Origin: Clostridiales bacterium
GTDB lineage: Bacteria; Bacillota; Clostridia; Christensenellales; UBA1242
DNA: 59,526 bases
Direction of reading: 5' to 3'
Assembly: GCA_015069335.1 (NCBI GenBank)
Contig: SVIU01000002.1
Location: forward strand, 1 to 59,526
The translations under genes were made by a program, and so were the position numbers. Each line of letters begins with the position of its first letter. Position 1 is the stretch's first letter. Positions 1 through 8,794 of the stretch are shown piece by piece. Below the pieces are notes generated by a model. The model had not been told where the DNA came from. It worked only from the letters and a program-made list of their open reading frames with translations, and ran no database searches.

Positions 1-4
1 TAAC

Positions 5-74
5 GCAACCGAGCAAAGCGAGGGTTGCCCTTAACTATTAACTATTAACGCGACGCAAGTAAAGCGAGTGTCGC
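5..74. repeat. Degenerate copy of the hairpin + heptad-repeat intergenic element. Hairpin 5-28 is GCAACC/GGTTGC, heptads CTTAAC-TATTAAC-TATTAAC lie at 30-49, and hairpin 50-74 is GCGAC/GTCGC.
   Basis: Both stems are perfect and read directly from the sequence. Both loops contain AAAGCGAG. The heptad tract resembles the TCCTTAAC...CACTATT tracts at 3446-3487 and 6119-6151. Confidence 0.5.
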
Positions 75-95
75 TTATTAAAGGGAGAGAAAATT

Positions 96-1580
96 ATGAA
101 AAAAAAGTTTAGCTTATTACTCAACATTGCCACAATTTGTTTGTGCGTATGTGCCATTGCCATTGGTGTATGGTCGGCAAAAAGTGCGCAGATGGCAGTA
201 AGTGGTAACATTGGCTTTACTGCACACAATTGTGATGTTGTTGCAACCACTTACATTCAAAATGCAATAAGAAAAGATGCAAACGACGAGTGGGAGAAAA
301 TAGTTGGCACTCAAGCACAATGGTCAAGTCAAACAGACAATACAAATGCGTCAATATATGTATCAAACAATGACTCATATACCTTTGGTTCGATATATTT
401 TGATGATTGGTTTGAAGATGTGGCAACTACCATAAGAATAAAAATAAAAGTAGCCAACTACTCATTATTCCCAGTTTCAGCAAGGGTAAAAACTTTAAGT
501 GTTGGTGGCACACCGGTAGCAGATTTTGATAATATTTACGAAACAGATAACTACGCTCTAGTAGCGCTTCATAATGACTACATTAGGGCAGCAACAAAAA
601 GTGGAGATACAATAACCCCATTTGAAGATCAAATGGTTATTGAAATCACCCTATTAGACCACCAAGAATCATTTGACCTACAAGCATTTTCTTTTGGCGT
701 AGAGTTTGCTCAAACCCAGACACCAAGTGTTAATGATGGGTATACTTTTGAGGATGCAGAATGTTCCGGCGAAACATTTGGTTTGGCAGGCGTACCTGAA
801 TGGACAGAAGGTTCAAGTAAGCACATTACGCTTCCATCACAGGTAATTGATGAAGAGGGTAATGTAGTTAGCTTGGATTATTATATAGCTTGGAATAGTG
901 GTTTTCCAGGTATTGATGAATATACAACATTTACAATATCGGCTGGATTATATGGCCATATTTGGAGCCAAAATGAATTTGACAATCTTGAAAACCTAGT
1001 AGGTGCATTACTCCCAGAAGATACTACCTACCTAAATAATACATTTGTTGGTTGTTATAACTTGCTATCAATTACAGTCCCTAAAAATGTTGAACTTATT
1101 GGTATGTCTGGTGGTAGTGACATATTATCTGAGCATAATTTGGACTGGGGTGCTAAACATCTTTATGTAGAAGAAGGTAACAGCGTTTATTACTCAAAAA
1201 ACAACTGTATTTTTAAATGGGATGGCCCAACCACACTTTTTCAAGGCTGTGAAAATAGTATAATACCAGAAGGAACAACTACAATCGGAGTTGAAGCCTT
1301 TTTCTGTGTTCCAAGATTAATCTCAATCACACTCCCAGATGGGTTAATGACGATCGGAAGTTATGCATTCAGTGGCTGCCCAAATCTAACCTCAATCACC
1401 ATCCCAAGCAGTGTAACGAGCATAGGAGGCTTGGCGTTCGATGATTGCTCGAACCTAACCTCAATCACGTACCAAGGCACAAAAGCACAATGGAGTGCTA
1501 TTGATTTTGGAGATCGTTGGAACAATGGTACCGGCAACTACACAATCCATTGCACTGATGGAGATATTGCAAAAGGTTAA
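96..1580 (+). CDS. Membrane-anchored or secreted surface protein with C-terminal BspA-type leucine-rich repeats
   Basis: 494-aa ORF with an AGGGAGAG RBS just upstream. The N-terminus is MKKK plus a hydrophobic segment. The C-terminal repeats LISITLPDGLMTIGSYAFSGCPNLTSITIPSSVTSIGGLAFDDCSNLTSITY are typical of BspA-like LRR surface proteins. A terminator follows. Confidence 0.85.
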   Translation: MKKKFSLLLNIATICLCVCAIAIGVWSAKSAQMAVSGNIGFTAHNCDVVATTYIQNAIRKDANDEWEKIVGTQAQWSSQTDNTNASIYVSNNDSYTFGSIYFDDWFEDVATTIRIKIKVANYSLFPVSARVKTLSVGGTPVADFDNIYETDNYALVALHNDYIRAATKSGDTITPFEDQMVIEITLLDHQESFDLQAFSFGVEFAQTQTPSVNDGYTFEDAECSGETFGLAGVPEWTEGSSKHITLPSQVIDEEGNVVSLDYYIAWNSGFPGIDEYTTFTISAGLYGHIWSQNEFDNLENLVGALLPEDTTYLNNTFVGCYNLLSITVPKNVELIGMSGGSDILSEHNLDWGAKHLYVEEGNSVYYSKNNCIFKWDGPTTLFQGCENSIIPEGTTTIGVEAFFCVPRLISITLPDGLMTIGSYAFSGCPNLTSITIPSSVTSIGGLAFDDCSNLTSITYQGTKAQWSAIDFGDRWNNGTGNYTIHCTDGDIAKG

Positions 1581-1601
1581 TTAAAAAGAAAATATAAAAT
1601 A

Positions 1602-1638
1602 CAAACTAAATCCTGCTTTGGGTTTGGTTTGTTTTTTT
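1602..1638 (+). terminator. Intrinsic terminator after the LRR protein gene
   Basis: 12-bp stem CAAACTAAATCC / GGGTTTGGTTTG (two G-U pairs), loop TGCTTT, then a T7 run. Confidence 0.8.
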
Positions 1639-1670
1639 GTGTAAAATTTTTAAACAAACAAACAAAAATC

Positions 1671-1699
1671 TTGACAACAATGGTTAGTGTTGATATAAT
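1671..1699 (+). promoter_or_regulatory. Consensus sigma-A type promoter about 375 nt upstream of rpsL
   Basis: TTGACA (1671-1676), 17-bp spacer, TGaTATAAT extended -10 (1691-1699). Confidence 0.75.
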
Positions 1700-1705
1700 T
1701 GGTGG

Positions 1706-2060
1706 CGTATACCACTAGAAAGCGGTGTTTTTTGTTGCGGAAAATTGGGCAATTGTCTTTGTTTACAACAAAAACAGCAATTTATGGTCTGCATCAATTT
1801 GTCGGTAGCAAACAAATTGATTATTTACACTAGCACAGGTGGAAGAACCATAACCACCGAGTAAGATGTTTATGTGCTCGCAAAATGCTAATGCTATCAG
1901 CAGGGTGCATGGGCATATGTAACTTATCGACTAGGCAATAAAATTAAGACCTATATATAGTTGTGCGATAAGGTGTGTTACTGTAATCACAAACGCTAAA
2001 AAAATGAAAGTCAGATTTGTCTTTAGGGGTTAAAAGGCTCGCTTTCAAAAAAATCTAAAC
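1706..2060 (+). ncRNA. Long structured rpsL leader or unclassified RNA
   Basis: No credible ORF or RBS lies between the consensus promoter and the rpsL RBS. Perfect 10-bp hairpin ATCAATTTGT/ACAAATTGAT (1793-1821). Additional stems TTTTTGTTG/CAACAAAAA (1729-1774) and GGTGG/CCACC (about 1838-1858). Confidence 0.3.
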
Positions 2061-2073
2061 AAGGAGGAAAAGA

Positions 2074-2451
2074 ATGCCTACAATCAATCAGTTGGTTAAT
2101 AAAGGTCGTAAAACTTTTGACAAAAAAAGCAAATCTCCACTTTTAGAGAACTGCCCACAAAAACGTGGTGTGTGCTTAAACGTTAAAACAACTACACCTA
2201 AAAAACCAAACTCAGCACTAAGAAAAGTTGCCAGAGTTAAATTAAGTAATGGTACAGAAGGTACTTGCTATATCCCAGGTATAGGACACAACCTTCAAGA
2301 GCACAGTGTTGTTTTAGTTCGTGGCGGAAGGGTTAAAGACTTGCCAGGTGTTAGATACCACATTGTTCGTGGTGCTTTAGATACAGCCGGTGTTGCAAAA
2401 CGTAACCAATCGCGTTCTAAATATGGTGCTAAAAGACCTAAGAAACAATAA
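2074..2451 (+). CDS. rpsL: 30S ribosomal protein S12
   Basis: [13 protein letters not shown]...[19 protein letters not shown]...[39 protein letters not shown]. Confidence 0.98.
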   Translation: MPTINQLVNKGRKTFDKKSKSPLLENCPQKRGVCLNVKTTTPKKPNSALRKVARVKLSNGTEGTCYIPGIGHNLQEHSVVLVRGGRVKDLPGVRYHIVRGALDTAGVAKRNQSRSKYGAKRPKKQ

Positions 2452-2662
2452 TTTTGGGACAAAATTATTGTTTCTAGTGAATAGTGAATAATGAATAGTG
2501 AATAGTTAAGGATTATCTTAATTATTTGTATCGTTTAAATCACTATTTACTAAACAAACTTTTATTTGTGAGTTGAATTATTTGTTTAGGATTATAATTG
2601 TCAACAATTATTCACTATTCACTATTCACTATTCACTTAAAAGTTTTTGTTAAAAACTTTTA
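2442..2662. repeat. Composite intergenic element A, filling the whole rpsL-rpsG spacer
   Basis: Hairpin 2442-2474 has a 14-bp perfect stem and loop GGGAC. The forward heptad tract GTGAATAGTGAATAATGAATAGTGAATAGTTAAGGA lies at 2477-2512. The inverted tract ATTATTCACTATTCACTATTCACTATTCACTT lies at 2607-2638. Hairpin 2638-2662 has an 11-bp perfect stem. Confidence 0.85.
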
Positions 2663-2705
2663 CATGGAGTCGATTCCATTAAAAATCTATAAAGGAGAAA
2701 TTACA

Positions 2706-3179
2706 ATGCCAAGAAGAAGAGGTTCTTTTAAACGTGAAGTTTTACCAGACCCAAAATATAAATCAGTTTTGGTTTCTAAATTTATTAACCAAGTTATGTT
2801 AGACGGTAAAAAAGCACTTGCTCAATCTTTGGTTTACAGCGCTTTTGATATGATCGCTGAAAAAACTGGTGCAAATGCACTTGATGTTTTCACTCAAGCA
2901 GTAGAAAATGTTAAACCAGTTTTAGAAACCAAAGGCCGCAGAGTTGGTGGTGCTACTTACCAAGTTCCAATGGAAATTAGACCAGAACGTCGTCAAACTC
3001 TTGCTATCCGTTGGATAGTAGACTTTGCTAGAAACCGTAACGGTGAACGCAATATGGACGAAAAAATCGCTGGCGAACTTATGGATGCTTACAACAATAC
3101 TGGTGCATCAATCAAACGTAGAGATGAAATGCACAGAATGGCTGAGGCTAATAAGGCTTTTGCTCATTACAAATGGTAA
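2706..3179 (+). CDS. rpsG: 30S ribosomal protein S7
   Basis: [18 protein letters not shown]... matches the canonical S7 N-terminus. AAAGGAGA RBS 7 nt upstream. The tracked ORF start at 2598 is an in-frame read-through of the heptad repeat. Confidence 0.97.
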   Translation: MPRRRGSFKREVLPDPKYKSVLVSKFINQVMLDGKKALAQSLVYSAFDMIAEKTGANALDVFTQAVENVKPVLETKGRRVGGATYQVPMEIRPERRQTLAIRWIVDFARNRNGERNMDEKIAGELMDAYNNTGASIKRRDEMHRMAEANKAFAHYKW

Positions 3180-3305
3180 AATTGAAAATTTTTACGGGTT
3201 TATGCTTTAGATTTTGCTAAATTCTCCGGTAGTCATTTAGCTTACTAAACTCCCACCATCGAATTTCTTAAATCTTCGCCTAAACGCTCGTAAAAATCTC
3301 CAATT
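3180..3305 (+). other. Large imperfect inverted repeat or compound hairpin immediately after rpsG
   Basis: Arm 3180-3214 (AATTGAAAATTTTTACGGGTTTATGCTTTAGATTT) pairs imperfectly with arm 3270-3305 (AAATCTTCGCCTAAACGCTCGTAAAAATCTCCAATT). An inner 7-bp hairpin is GCTAAAT/ATTTAGC (3216-3241). No T-run follows. Confidence 0.5.
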
Positions 3306-3445
3306 TGTCTTAATTTAAAATCGCAAAAATGGGGGAAATTCCCAATTTATCATCATTAGAAAATTTTAGTTGCAAATACTAAATTTCCTAAAATACAAAA
3401 TCAGCTTTTGCTAAAATAGGTTCACATAATTAATAAGAATATAAG

Positions 3446-3507
3446 AATAGTCCTTAACTTTTCACTATTCACTATTCATTATTCACTGCAAAATTTTCAA
3501 ATTTTGC
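3446..3507. repeat. Half-copy of the heptad/hairpin element (inverted orientation) upstream of the 100-aa ORF
   Basis: AATAGTCCTTAACTTTTCACTATTCACTATTCATTATTCACT (3446-3487) is the near reverse complement of the 5993-6034 tract. It is followed by an 8-bp hairpin GCAAAATT/AATTTTGC (3488-3507). Confidence 0.8.
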
Positions 3508-3522
3508 GAAAGGAGGTCTAAT

Positions 3523-3825
3523 ATGTTTATTGAAAGATTATCGGAAAAACAAATTGAAGGCTTTTTGAAAACAGTAAAAATGCCACTTAAAGATGTTAAA
3601 TATTTAGATGACGGAATATATGTTCGTTTTGGTGGCGAAGAATCTGACCTAGAGTTCTTTTTGTATGATTTTGACTGCAAAGGCAAAGTAACAGACATTA
3701 TGTCAGTTGCTTGCGAGGGCATACTAAAAGACAGATGGATAGATTATCTTGATGCTCAGTTTGGATATGAATATCGCTCTGCAAAAATTAAATATATTAG
3801 AGAACAAAATCAACTAAATAAATAA
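3523..3825 (+). CDS. Hypothetical 100-aa protein inserted between rpsG and fusA
   Basis: Strong RBS AAAGGAGG 6 nt before the ATG. The ORF is uninterrupted and has no motif I recognise. Confidence 0.6.
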   Translation: MFIERLSEKQIEGFLKTVKMPLKDVKYLDDGIYVRFGGEESDLEFFLYDFDCKGKVTDIMSVACEGILKDRWIDYLDAQFGYEYRSAKIKYIREQNQLNK

Positions 3826-3896
3826 TTTTTTAATTCGGGTTTAAGTGTTTGTTCCCACACAAAAACGGACATAAATTTAATAAGGAGAAAATAAAA

Positions 3897-5966
3897 ATGG
3901 CAACCGATCTTAACCTTACAAGAAACGTTGGTATTATGGCTCACATCGATGCTGGTAAAACTACAACTACAGAACGTATTTTGTTTTATACCGGTATAAC
4001 TCACAAAATTGGTGAAGTTCACGATGGTGCTGCAACAATGGACTGGATGGCTCAAGAGCAAGAAAGAGGTATCACAATTACTTCTGCTTGTACAACTTGT
4101 CAATGGAAAGGTAAAAAAATCAACATTATCGACACTCCTGGACACGTTGACTTCACAATTGAAGTTTTGCGTTCGTTAAAAGTGCTTGATGGTGCGGTTT
4201 TAGTGCTTAGCGCTAGAGACAAGGTTCAACCTCAAACTGAAACAGTTTGGAGACAAGCAAATCAATGTAAAGTTCCTGTTATCATTTATGTTAACAAGAT
4301 GGACAGAGATGACGCTTACTTCGACAAATGTGTTGACTCAGTAAGAGACAGACTTAAAACAAATCCACTTCCACTTCAAATGCCAATTGGCTTAGCTGAT
4401 ACATTCCAAGGTGTTATTGACCTTTTAACAATGAAGGCATATATCCCTGAGGATGACATGGGCAAAATTATTGAAGCCAAAGAGATTCCTGCAGAATACG
4501 CAGAAGAAGCTCAAAAACGTCATGATGCTTTAATCGAATCAATCGTTGAACTTGATGACGCATTGCTAGAAAGATATTTCGAAGGTGAAGAAATATCACT
4601 TGACGAATTGAAAAGAGCAATTCGTAACGCAACAATCGACAAACGCATTACACCTATGCTTTGTGGATCATCTTATAAAAACAAAGGTGTTCAAAATCTA
4701 TTAGACGCAATGGTAGACTATTTACCATCTCCACTTGACATCGAGGCTATCAAAGGTATAAACCCAGACACCAATCAAGAAGAAACTCGTCAAGCAGATG
4801 AAAATGCTCCATTTGCAGGTTTAGCATTTAAAATTGCAACTGATCCATTTGTTGGTGGCTTAACATATTTCCGTGTTTATAGCGGTGTGTTAAAAGCTGG
4901 TAGTTATGTTTATAACTCAATCACTGGCAAACAAGAACGTGTTGGTCGTTTAATTAGAATGCACTCTAACAACAGAACAGAAATTCAAGAAGTTGGCGCA
5001 GGCGACATTGCTGCAATCGTTGGTTTAAAAGACACCATCACAGGACATACTCTTTGTGATGAGAAAAACCCAATTCAACTTGAAAGCATGGTTTTCCCAG
5101 AACCAGTTATTCAACTTGCAATTGAACCAAAAACAAAAGATCAACAAGAAAAAATGGCTTTGGCTCTTGCTAAACTATCTCGTGAAGATCCTTCATTTAG
5201 AGTTTCAACAAACCAAGAAACAGGTCAAACAATTATCGCAGGTATGGGCGAATTACACCTTGAAATCATCGTAGACAGACTTTTAAGAGAATTCAAAGTT
5301 CAAGCTAACGTGGGCGCGCCACAAGTTTCTTACAGAGAAAGACTCAAAAAGACTGTTGAAGCAGAAGGTAAATATGTTCGTCAATCCGGTGGTAAAGGTC
5401 AATACGGACATTGTTGGGTTAAATTTGAACCACTTGAAGATGACGGCTACGAATTTGTTGACAAAACAGTTGGTGGCTCAATTCCAAAAGAATTCATTCA
5501 ACCAATCAACAACGGTATTAACGAATCAAGAAAAAATGGTATCCTAGCCGGATACGAAACAGTTGGCTTTAGAGCAACAGTTTATGACGGTTCATATCAC
5601 GATGTCGACTCATCAGAAATGGCGTTTAAAATTGCCGGCTCTATGGCATTTAAAGAAGCTGCTGCAAAAGCAGAAACAGTTTTAATGGAACCTATTATGA
5701 AAGTTTCGGTAGAAGTACCAGATGACTACCTAGGCACAGTAATGGGCAACATCACTTCTCGTCGTGGATTACTTCTTGGAACAGAAAGCCTTTCAGGCAT
5801 CCAAAGAATCAATGCCGAAGTGCCTCTTTCAGAAATGTTTGGTTATGCAACCGACCTTCGTTCACAAACTCAAGGTCGTGGTGTGTTCGTTATGGAACCA
5901 CTTAAATACGCAGAAGTTCCAAAATCTATTTCCGAAAAAATTATGACTAGCAGAAAAAAAGATTAG
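3897..5966 (+). CDS. fusA: Elongation factor G
   Basis: [33 protein letters not shown]...[19 protein letters not shown]. The tracked start at 3849 is an upstream extension. Confidence 0.98.
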   Translation: MATDLNLTRNVGIMAHIDAGKTTTTERILFYTGITHKIGEVHDGAATMDWMAQEQERGITITSACTTCQWKGKKINIIDTPGHVDFTIEVLRSLKVLDGAVLVLSARDKVQPQTETVWRQANQCKVPVIIYVNKMDRDDAYFDKCVDSVRDRLKTNPLPLQMPIGLADTFQGVIDLLTMKAYIPEDDMGKIIEAKEIPAEYAEEAQKRHDALIESIVELDDALLERYFEGEEISLDELKRAIRNATIDKRITPMLCGSSYKNKGVQNLLDAMVDYLPSPLDIEAIKGINPDTNQEETRQADENAPFAGLAFKIATDPFVGGLTYFRVYSGVLKAGSYVYNSITGKQERVGRLIRMHSNNRTEIQEVGAGDIAAIVGLKDTITGHTLCDEKNPIQLESMVFPEPVIQLAIEPKTKDQQEKMALALAKLSREDPSFRVSTNQETGQTIIAGMGELHLEIIVDRLLREFKVQANVGAPQVSYRERLKKTVEAEGKYVRQSGGKGQYGHCWVKFEPLEDDGYEFVDKTVGGSIPKEFIQPINNGINESRKNGILAGYETVGFRATVYDGSYHDVDSSEMAFKIAGSMAFKEAAAKAETVLMEPIMKVSVEVPDDYLGTVMGNITSRRGLLLGTESLSGIQRINAEVPLSEMFGYATDLRSQTQGRGVFVMEPLKYAEVPKSISEKIMTSRKKD

Positions 5967-6177
5967 TAAAAATTTGCTCGCAAATTTTTACAGTGAATAG
6001 TGAATAATGAATAGTGAATAGTTAAGGACTATTATATTCATTATTTACCGTTCAAAAAACTAGCAAAACTCAAATAGAAGTGTAAAAAGAGCATAGAAAA
6101 TTGTTAAAAATTGACAATCACTATTCACTTTTCACTATTAACTATTCACTTAATAAAATTGTCCCAGCAATTTTGTT
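5966..6177. repeat. Composite intergenic element B in the fusA-tuf spacer
   Basis: Hairpin 5966-5991 is GTAAAAATTTGC/GCAAATTTTTAC. The forward heptad tract 5993-6028 is identical over 36 nt to 2477-2512. The inverted tract CACTATTCACTTTTCACTATTAACTATTCACTT lies at 6119-6151. Hairpin 6152-6177 has loop TCCCAG. Confidence 0.85.
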
Positions 6178-6185
6178 AAATCGTT

Positions 6186-6213
6186 TTGAAAAAAAAATTG
6201 GATATGCTATATT
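6186..6213 (+). promoter_or_regulatory. Candidate internal promoter for tuf
   Basis: TTGAAA (6186-6191), 16-bp spacer, TGcTATATT (6205-6213). Confidence 0.55.
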
Positions 6214-6251
6214 ATATCCGTAAACTAAAAAAATTAAAGGAGATTAAAACA

Positions 6252-7454
6252 ATGGCTAAGGAAAAATTTGACAGAAGTTTAACCCACGTTAACGTTGGAA
6301 CAATCGGCCACGTTGACCATGGTAAAACAACATTAACTTCAGCAATTTGCCAATATTGCGCTGCTAAAGGTTTGGCTGCCGCAATGAAATACGAAGATAT
6401 CGATAAAGCCCCAGAAGAAAAGGCTAGAGGTATCACAATCAACACTTCACACGTTGAATACAAGAGCGCTACTCGTCACTATGCACACGTAGACTGTCCA
6501 GGACACGCTGACTATGTTAAAAACATGATCACTGGTGCAGCTCAAATGGACGGAGCTATCCTAGTTGTGTCTGCAGCTGACGGTCCAATGCCTCAAACTC
6601 GTGAACACATCTTACTTGCTCGTCAAGTTGGTGTTCCATACATCGTTGTATTCATGAACAAAATGGACCAAGTTGATGATCCAGAACTTGCAGAATTAGT
6701 TGAAATGGAAATCAGAGATTTATTATCTTCTTACGATTTCCCTGGTGATGACACCCCAATCATCAAAGGCTCAGCTTTCAAAGCTGGTGAAGCTTGCCAA
6801 GCAGGCGACCCAGAAAGCGAATGGTGCAAACCAATCCAAGAGTTATTGGATACTTTGGATACTTACATCCCAGACCCAGCACGTGCAACAGATCAACCAT
6901 TCTTAATGCCAGTTGAAGACGTATTCACAATCACAGGTCGTGGTACAGTTGCTACTGGTAGAGTAGAACGTGGTGTTGTTCATATGAACGATACTGTTGA
7001 AATCGTTGGTCTTGGCGAAAAGAGATCAACAGTTGTTACTGGTATCGAAATGTTCCACAAATTATTGGACAGTGCAGAAGCTGGTGATAACGCTGGTATC
7101 TTGCTTCGTGGTATCAACAGAACTGATATCGAAAGAGGTCAAGTTCTTTGCAAACCAGGCTCAATCAATCCACATACTAAGTTCACAGCTCAAGTATACG
7201 TATTGAAACAAGCCGAAGGTGGCCGTCATAAACCATTCTTCAATGGTTACAGACCTCAATTCTACTTCAGAACAACTGACGTTACTGGAACAATCGAACT
7301 TCCAGAAGGCACAGAAATGGTTATGCCTGGCGATAACATCACAATGACTATCGAATTGATCAAACCAATCGCTATCGAACAAGGTTTGAGATTCGCTATT
7401 CGTGAAGGTGGCCGTACAGTTGGTTCAGGTGTTGTTGCTTCAATTATTGAGTAA
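6252..7454 (+). CDS. tuf: Elongation factor Tu
   Basis: [29 protein letters not shown]...[37 protein letters not shown]. The tracked TTG start at 6186 is an extension. Confidence 0.98.
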   Translation: MAKEKFDRSLTHVNVGTIGHVDHGKTTLTSAICQYCAAKGLAAAMKYEDIDKAPEEKARGITINTSHVEYKSATRHYAHVDCPGHADYVKNMITGAAQMDGAILVVSAADGPMPQTREHILLARQVGVPYIVVFMNKMDQVDDPELAELVEMEIRDLLSSYDFPGDDTPIIKGSAFKAGEACQAGDPESEWCKPIQELLDTLDTYIPDPARATDQPFLMPVEDVFTITGRGTVATGRVERGVVHMNDTVEIVGLGEKRSTVVTGIEMFHKLLDSAEAGDNAGILLRGINRTDIERGQVLCKPGSINPHTKFTAQVYVLKQAEGGRHKPFFNGYRPQFYFRTTDVTGTIELPEGTEMVMPGDNITMTIELIKPIAIEQGLRFAIREGGRTVGSGVVASIIE

Positions 7455-7527
7455 TAAACATCTTTGCAAAATGCAAAAATCAAAATTTGATAACTAACCC
7501 ATATCAAATTTAAAATTTAAAAATCAA

Positions 7528-7562
7528 ACACACGATCATAACCCAATCGTGTGTTTTTTTTG
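7528..7562 (+). terminator. Intrinsic terminator after tuf
   Basis: 9-bp stem ACACACGAT/ATCGTGTGT followed by a T8 run. Confidence 0.85.
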
Positions 7563-7662
7563 GCTCGCAAGAATAATACAAATATTCTAAAAGCGTGCCT
7601 TTATTTTTTTATTTATGGGGAAAAACATAAAATGTTTTTTTCTTTTGAATTTTGATTTTTTT

Positions 7663-7692
7663 TTGACGAGCAAAGCAGAATTTTGTTATACT
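7663..7692 (+). promoter_or_regulatory. Promoter for rubrerythrin
   Basis: TTGACG (7663-7668), 18-bp spacer, TGtTATACT (7684-7692). Confidence 0.6.
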
Positions 7693-7721
7693 ACTTTTGA
7701 ATATAAAAAGGAGAAAAAATT

Positions 7722-8255
7722 ATGGAACTTAAAGGTAGCAAAACCGAGGCTAATTTATGGAAAGCCTTTGCTGGCGAAAGTCAAGCAAGAAACAAATATA
7801 CATACTTTGCGTCAAAAGCAAAAAAAGATGGCTACAATCAAATTTCGGCAATTTTTGAGGAAACTGCAAAAAATGAAATGGAACACGCAAAACTTTGGTT
7901 TAAACATTTAAATGGCATTGGCAACACTTATGACAACTTGTTGGCTGCAGCTGCTGGTGAAAATGAAGAATGGACAGAAATGTACAGAGTTATGGCACAG
8001 GAAGCTAGAGCCGAAGGATTTGAAGCAATTGCTAAACAATTTGAAGGTGTTGCAGCAATTGAAAAACGTCACGAGGAAAGATATTTAAAACTTGCAAAAA
8101 ACATTCAAGAAGCAAAAGTGTTTGTTAAAGAAGGACAACAAGTTTGGATTTGTACAAATTGTGGACACGTTCACGTTGGAGAAGCAGCTCCAGAAGTTTG
8201 CCCAGTTTGTGTTCATCCACAAGCTTATTTTGAGTTGTTAAGAGAAAACTATTAG
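7722..8255 (+). CDS. rbr: Rubrerythrin
   Basis: N-terminal ferritin-like diiron domain (ANLWKAFAGESQARNKYTYFASKAKKDGY...EMEHAKLW). C-terminal rubredoxin motif CTNCGH...CPVC. AAGGAGAA RBS. Confidence 0.95.
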   Translation: MELKGSKTEANLWKAFAGESQARNKYTYFASKAKKDGYNQISAIFEETAKNEMEHAKLWFKHLNGIGNTYDNLLAAAAGENEEWTEMYRVMAQEARAEGFEAIAKQFEGVAAIEKRHEERYLKLAKNIQEAKVFVKEGQQVWICTNCGHVHVGEAAPEVCPVCVHPQAYFELLRENY

Positions 8256-8292
8256 TTATAAGGGGGCTGTAAAGAAAAATATTCTAAGGCTC

Positions 8293-8341
8293 AAAACAAG
8301 GCAAAACTTCACAAAATTTTAAAGTTTTGCCTTGTTTTTTA
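8293..8341 (+). terminator. Intrinsic terminator, probably bidirectional, between the convergent rbr and small membrane protein genes
   Basis: 17-bp stem AAAACAAGGCAAAACTT/AAGTTTTGCCTTGTTTT with T-runs on both strands. Confidence 0.8.
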
Positions 8342-8395
8342 GTGTCAAGTTGTTTAAAAACCAATTAAAGAAAATATTTTTCCTCACAACTCCTT

Positions 8396-8617
8396 TTACA
8401 CATTTATCAATCTGCAAATTGATTTATCTTTAATCATAAAAATAAGGTCTAAAAGCCAAATAATGTTAAAGCCCAAGAACAATCTCACAAGACCTGCAAA
8501 AATTTTGCCCTCTTGAAGGCGTGTAACCACTCCACATAGCCAAGATGTAATGGGAATTATTGCTAGAATTAAGCTAACAACAAAATCAAGACCAAAGTAA
8601 TCGCTATTTTTTGCCAT
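8396..8617 (-). CDS. Small integral membrane protein (two predicted TM helices), function unknown
   Basis: 73-aa ORF with an AAAGGAGG RBS on the minus strand (8620-8640). Hydrophobic segments are VVSLILAIIPITSWLCGVV and LFLGFNIIWLLDLIFMI. Confidence 0.6.
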   Translation of the reverse strand: MAKNSDYFGLDFVVSLILAIIPITSWLCGVVTRLQEGKIFAGLVRLFLGFNIIWLLDLIFMIKDKSICRLINV

Positions 8618-8794
8618 AAATAAAAACCTCCTTTAAATATACTATTAAGAAAGAATAAAAAGCTTTACAAAATTTCAAAAAATTACATTATTGGAAGTTT
8701 TGTCTGATGCACGCGAAACGTATATTCAAGCAAATTGGGGATTGACATCTTTAATTATTTATGATAAACCTATTAAAAAAAGGAGATATATTAT

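Noticed and set aside
38-426. Three minus-strand ORFs (38-250, 117-320, 217-426) overlapping the start of the LRR protein gene
   Set aside because: They have no RBS and mutually overlap. They lie antisense to an ORF with clear signal-anchor and LRR features, and their composition is typical of antisense read-through in AT-rich DNA.
15-2046. Octamer AAAGCGAG (15-22, 61-68) and its complement CTCGCTTT (2039-2046) near RBSs, plus AAAGCGA at 59356-59362
   Set aside because: There are only three or four short copies in different contexts. This cannot be distinguished from chance without a genome-wide count.
1700-2070. Attempt to assign the rpsL-upstream RNA to RNase P, tmRNA, SRP, 6S or T-box classes
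   Set aside because: The defining cores are absent: GAGGAAAGUCC, a tag-peptide ORF with a CCA-end acceptor mimic, the GGAAG/AGCAG SRP domain IV, and the T-box GGGUGGUACCGCG. Only chance short matches such as TGCTCGCA were seen.
2598-2705. N-terminal extension of rpsG in the ORF track ([14 protein letters not shown]...). Similar extensions occur for fusA (3849-3896) and tuf (6186-6251).
   Set aside because: The canonical N-termini ([25 protein letters not shown]) each follow a strong SD sequence. The extensions translate the heptad repeats, hairpins or promoter sequence.
2477-6151. Heptad-repeat tracts as a possible CRISPR array
   Set aside because: The units are 7 nt and directly abutting. 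There are no unique spacers of regular length and no cas genes. The copies occur as inverted pairs in separate intergenic regions.
7570-7588. Palindrome AGAATA-N7-TATTCT upstream of rubrerythrin as a PerR/Fur box
   Set aside because: It lies about 75 nt upstream of the -35 element and does not match the 7-1-7 TTATAAT-n-ATTATAA type consensus. The evidence is insufficient.
7615-7911. 98-aa plus-strand ORF overlapping the rubrerythrin promoter and 5' end
   Set aside because: It is out of frame with a clearly identified rbr gene and has no RBS. It spans the predicted promoter.
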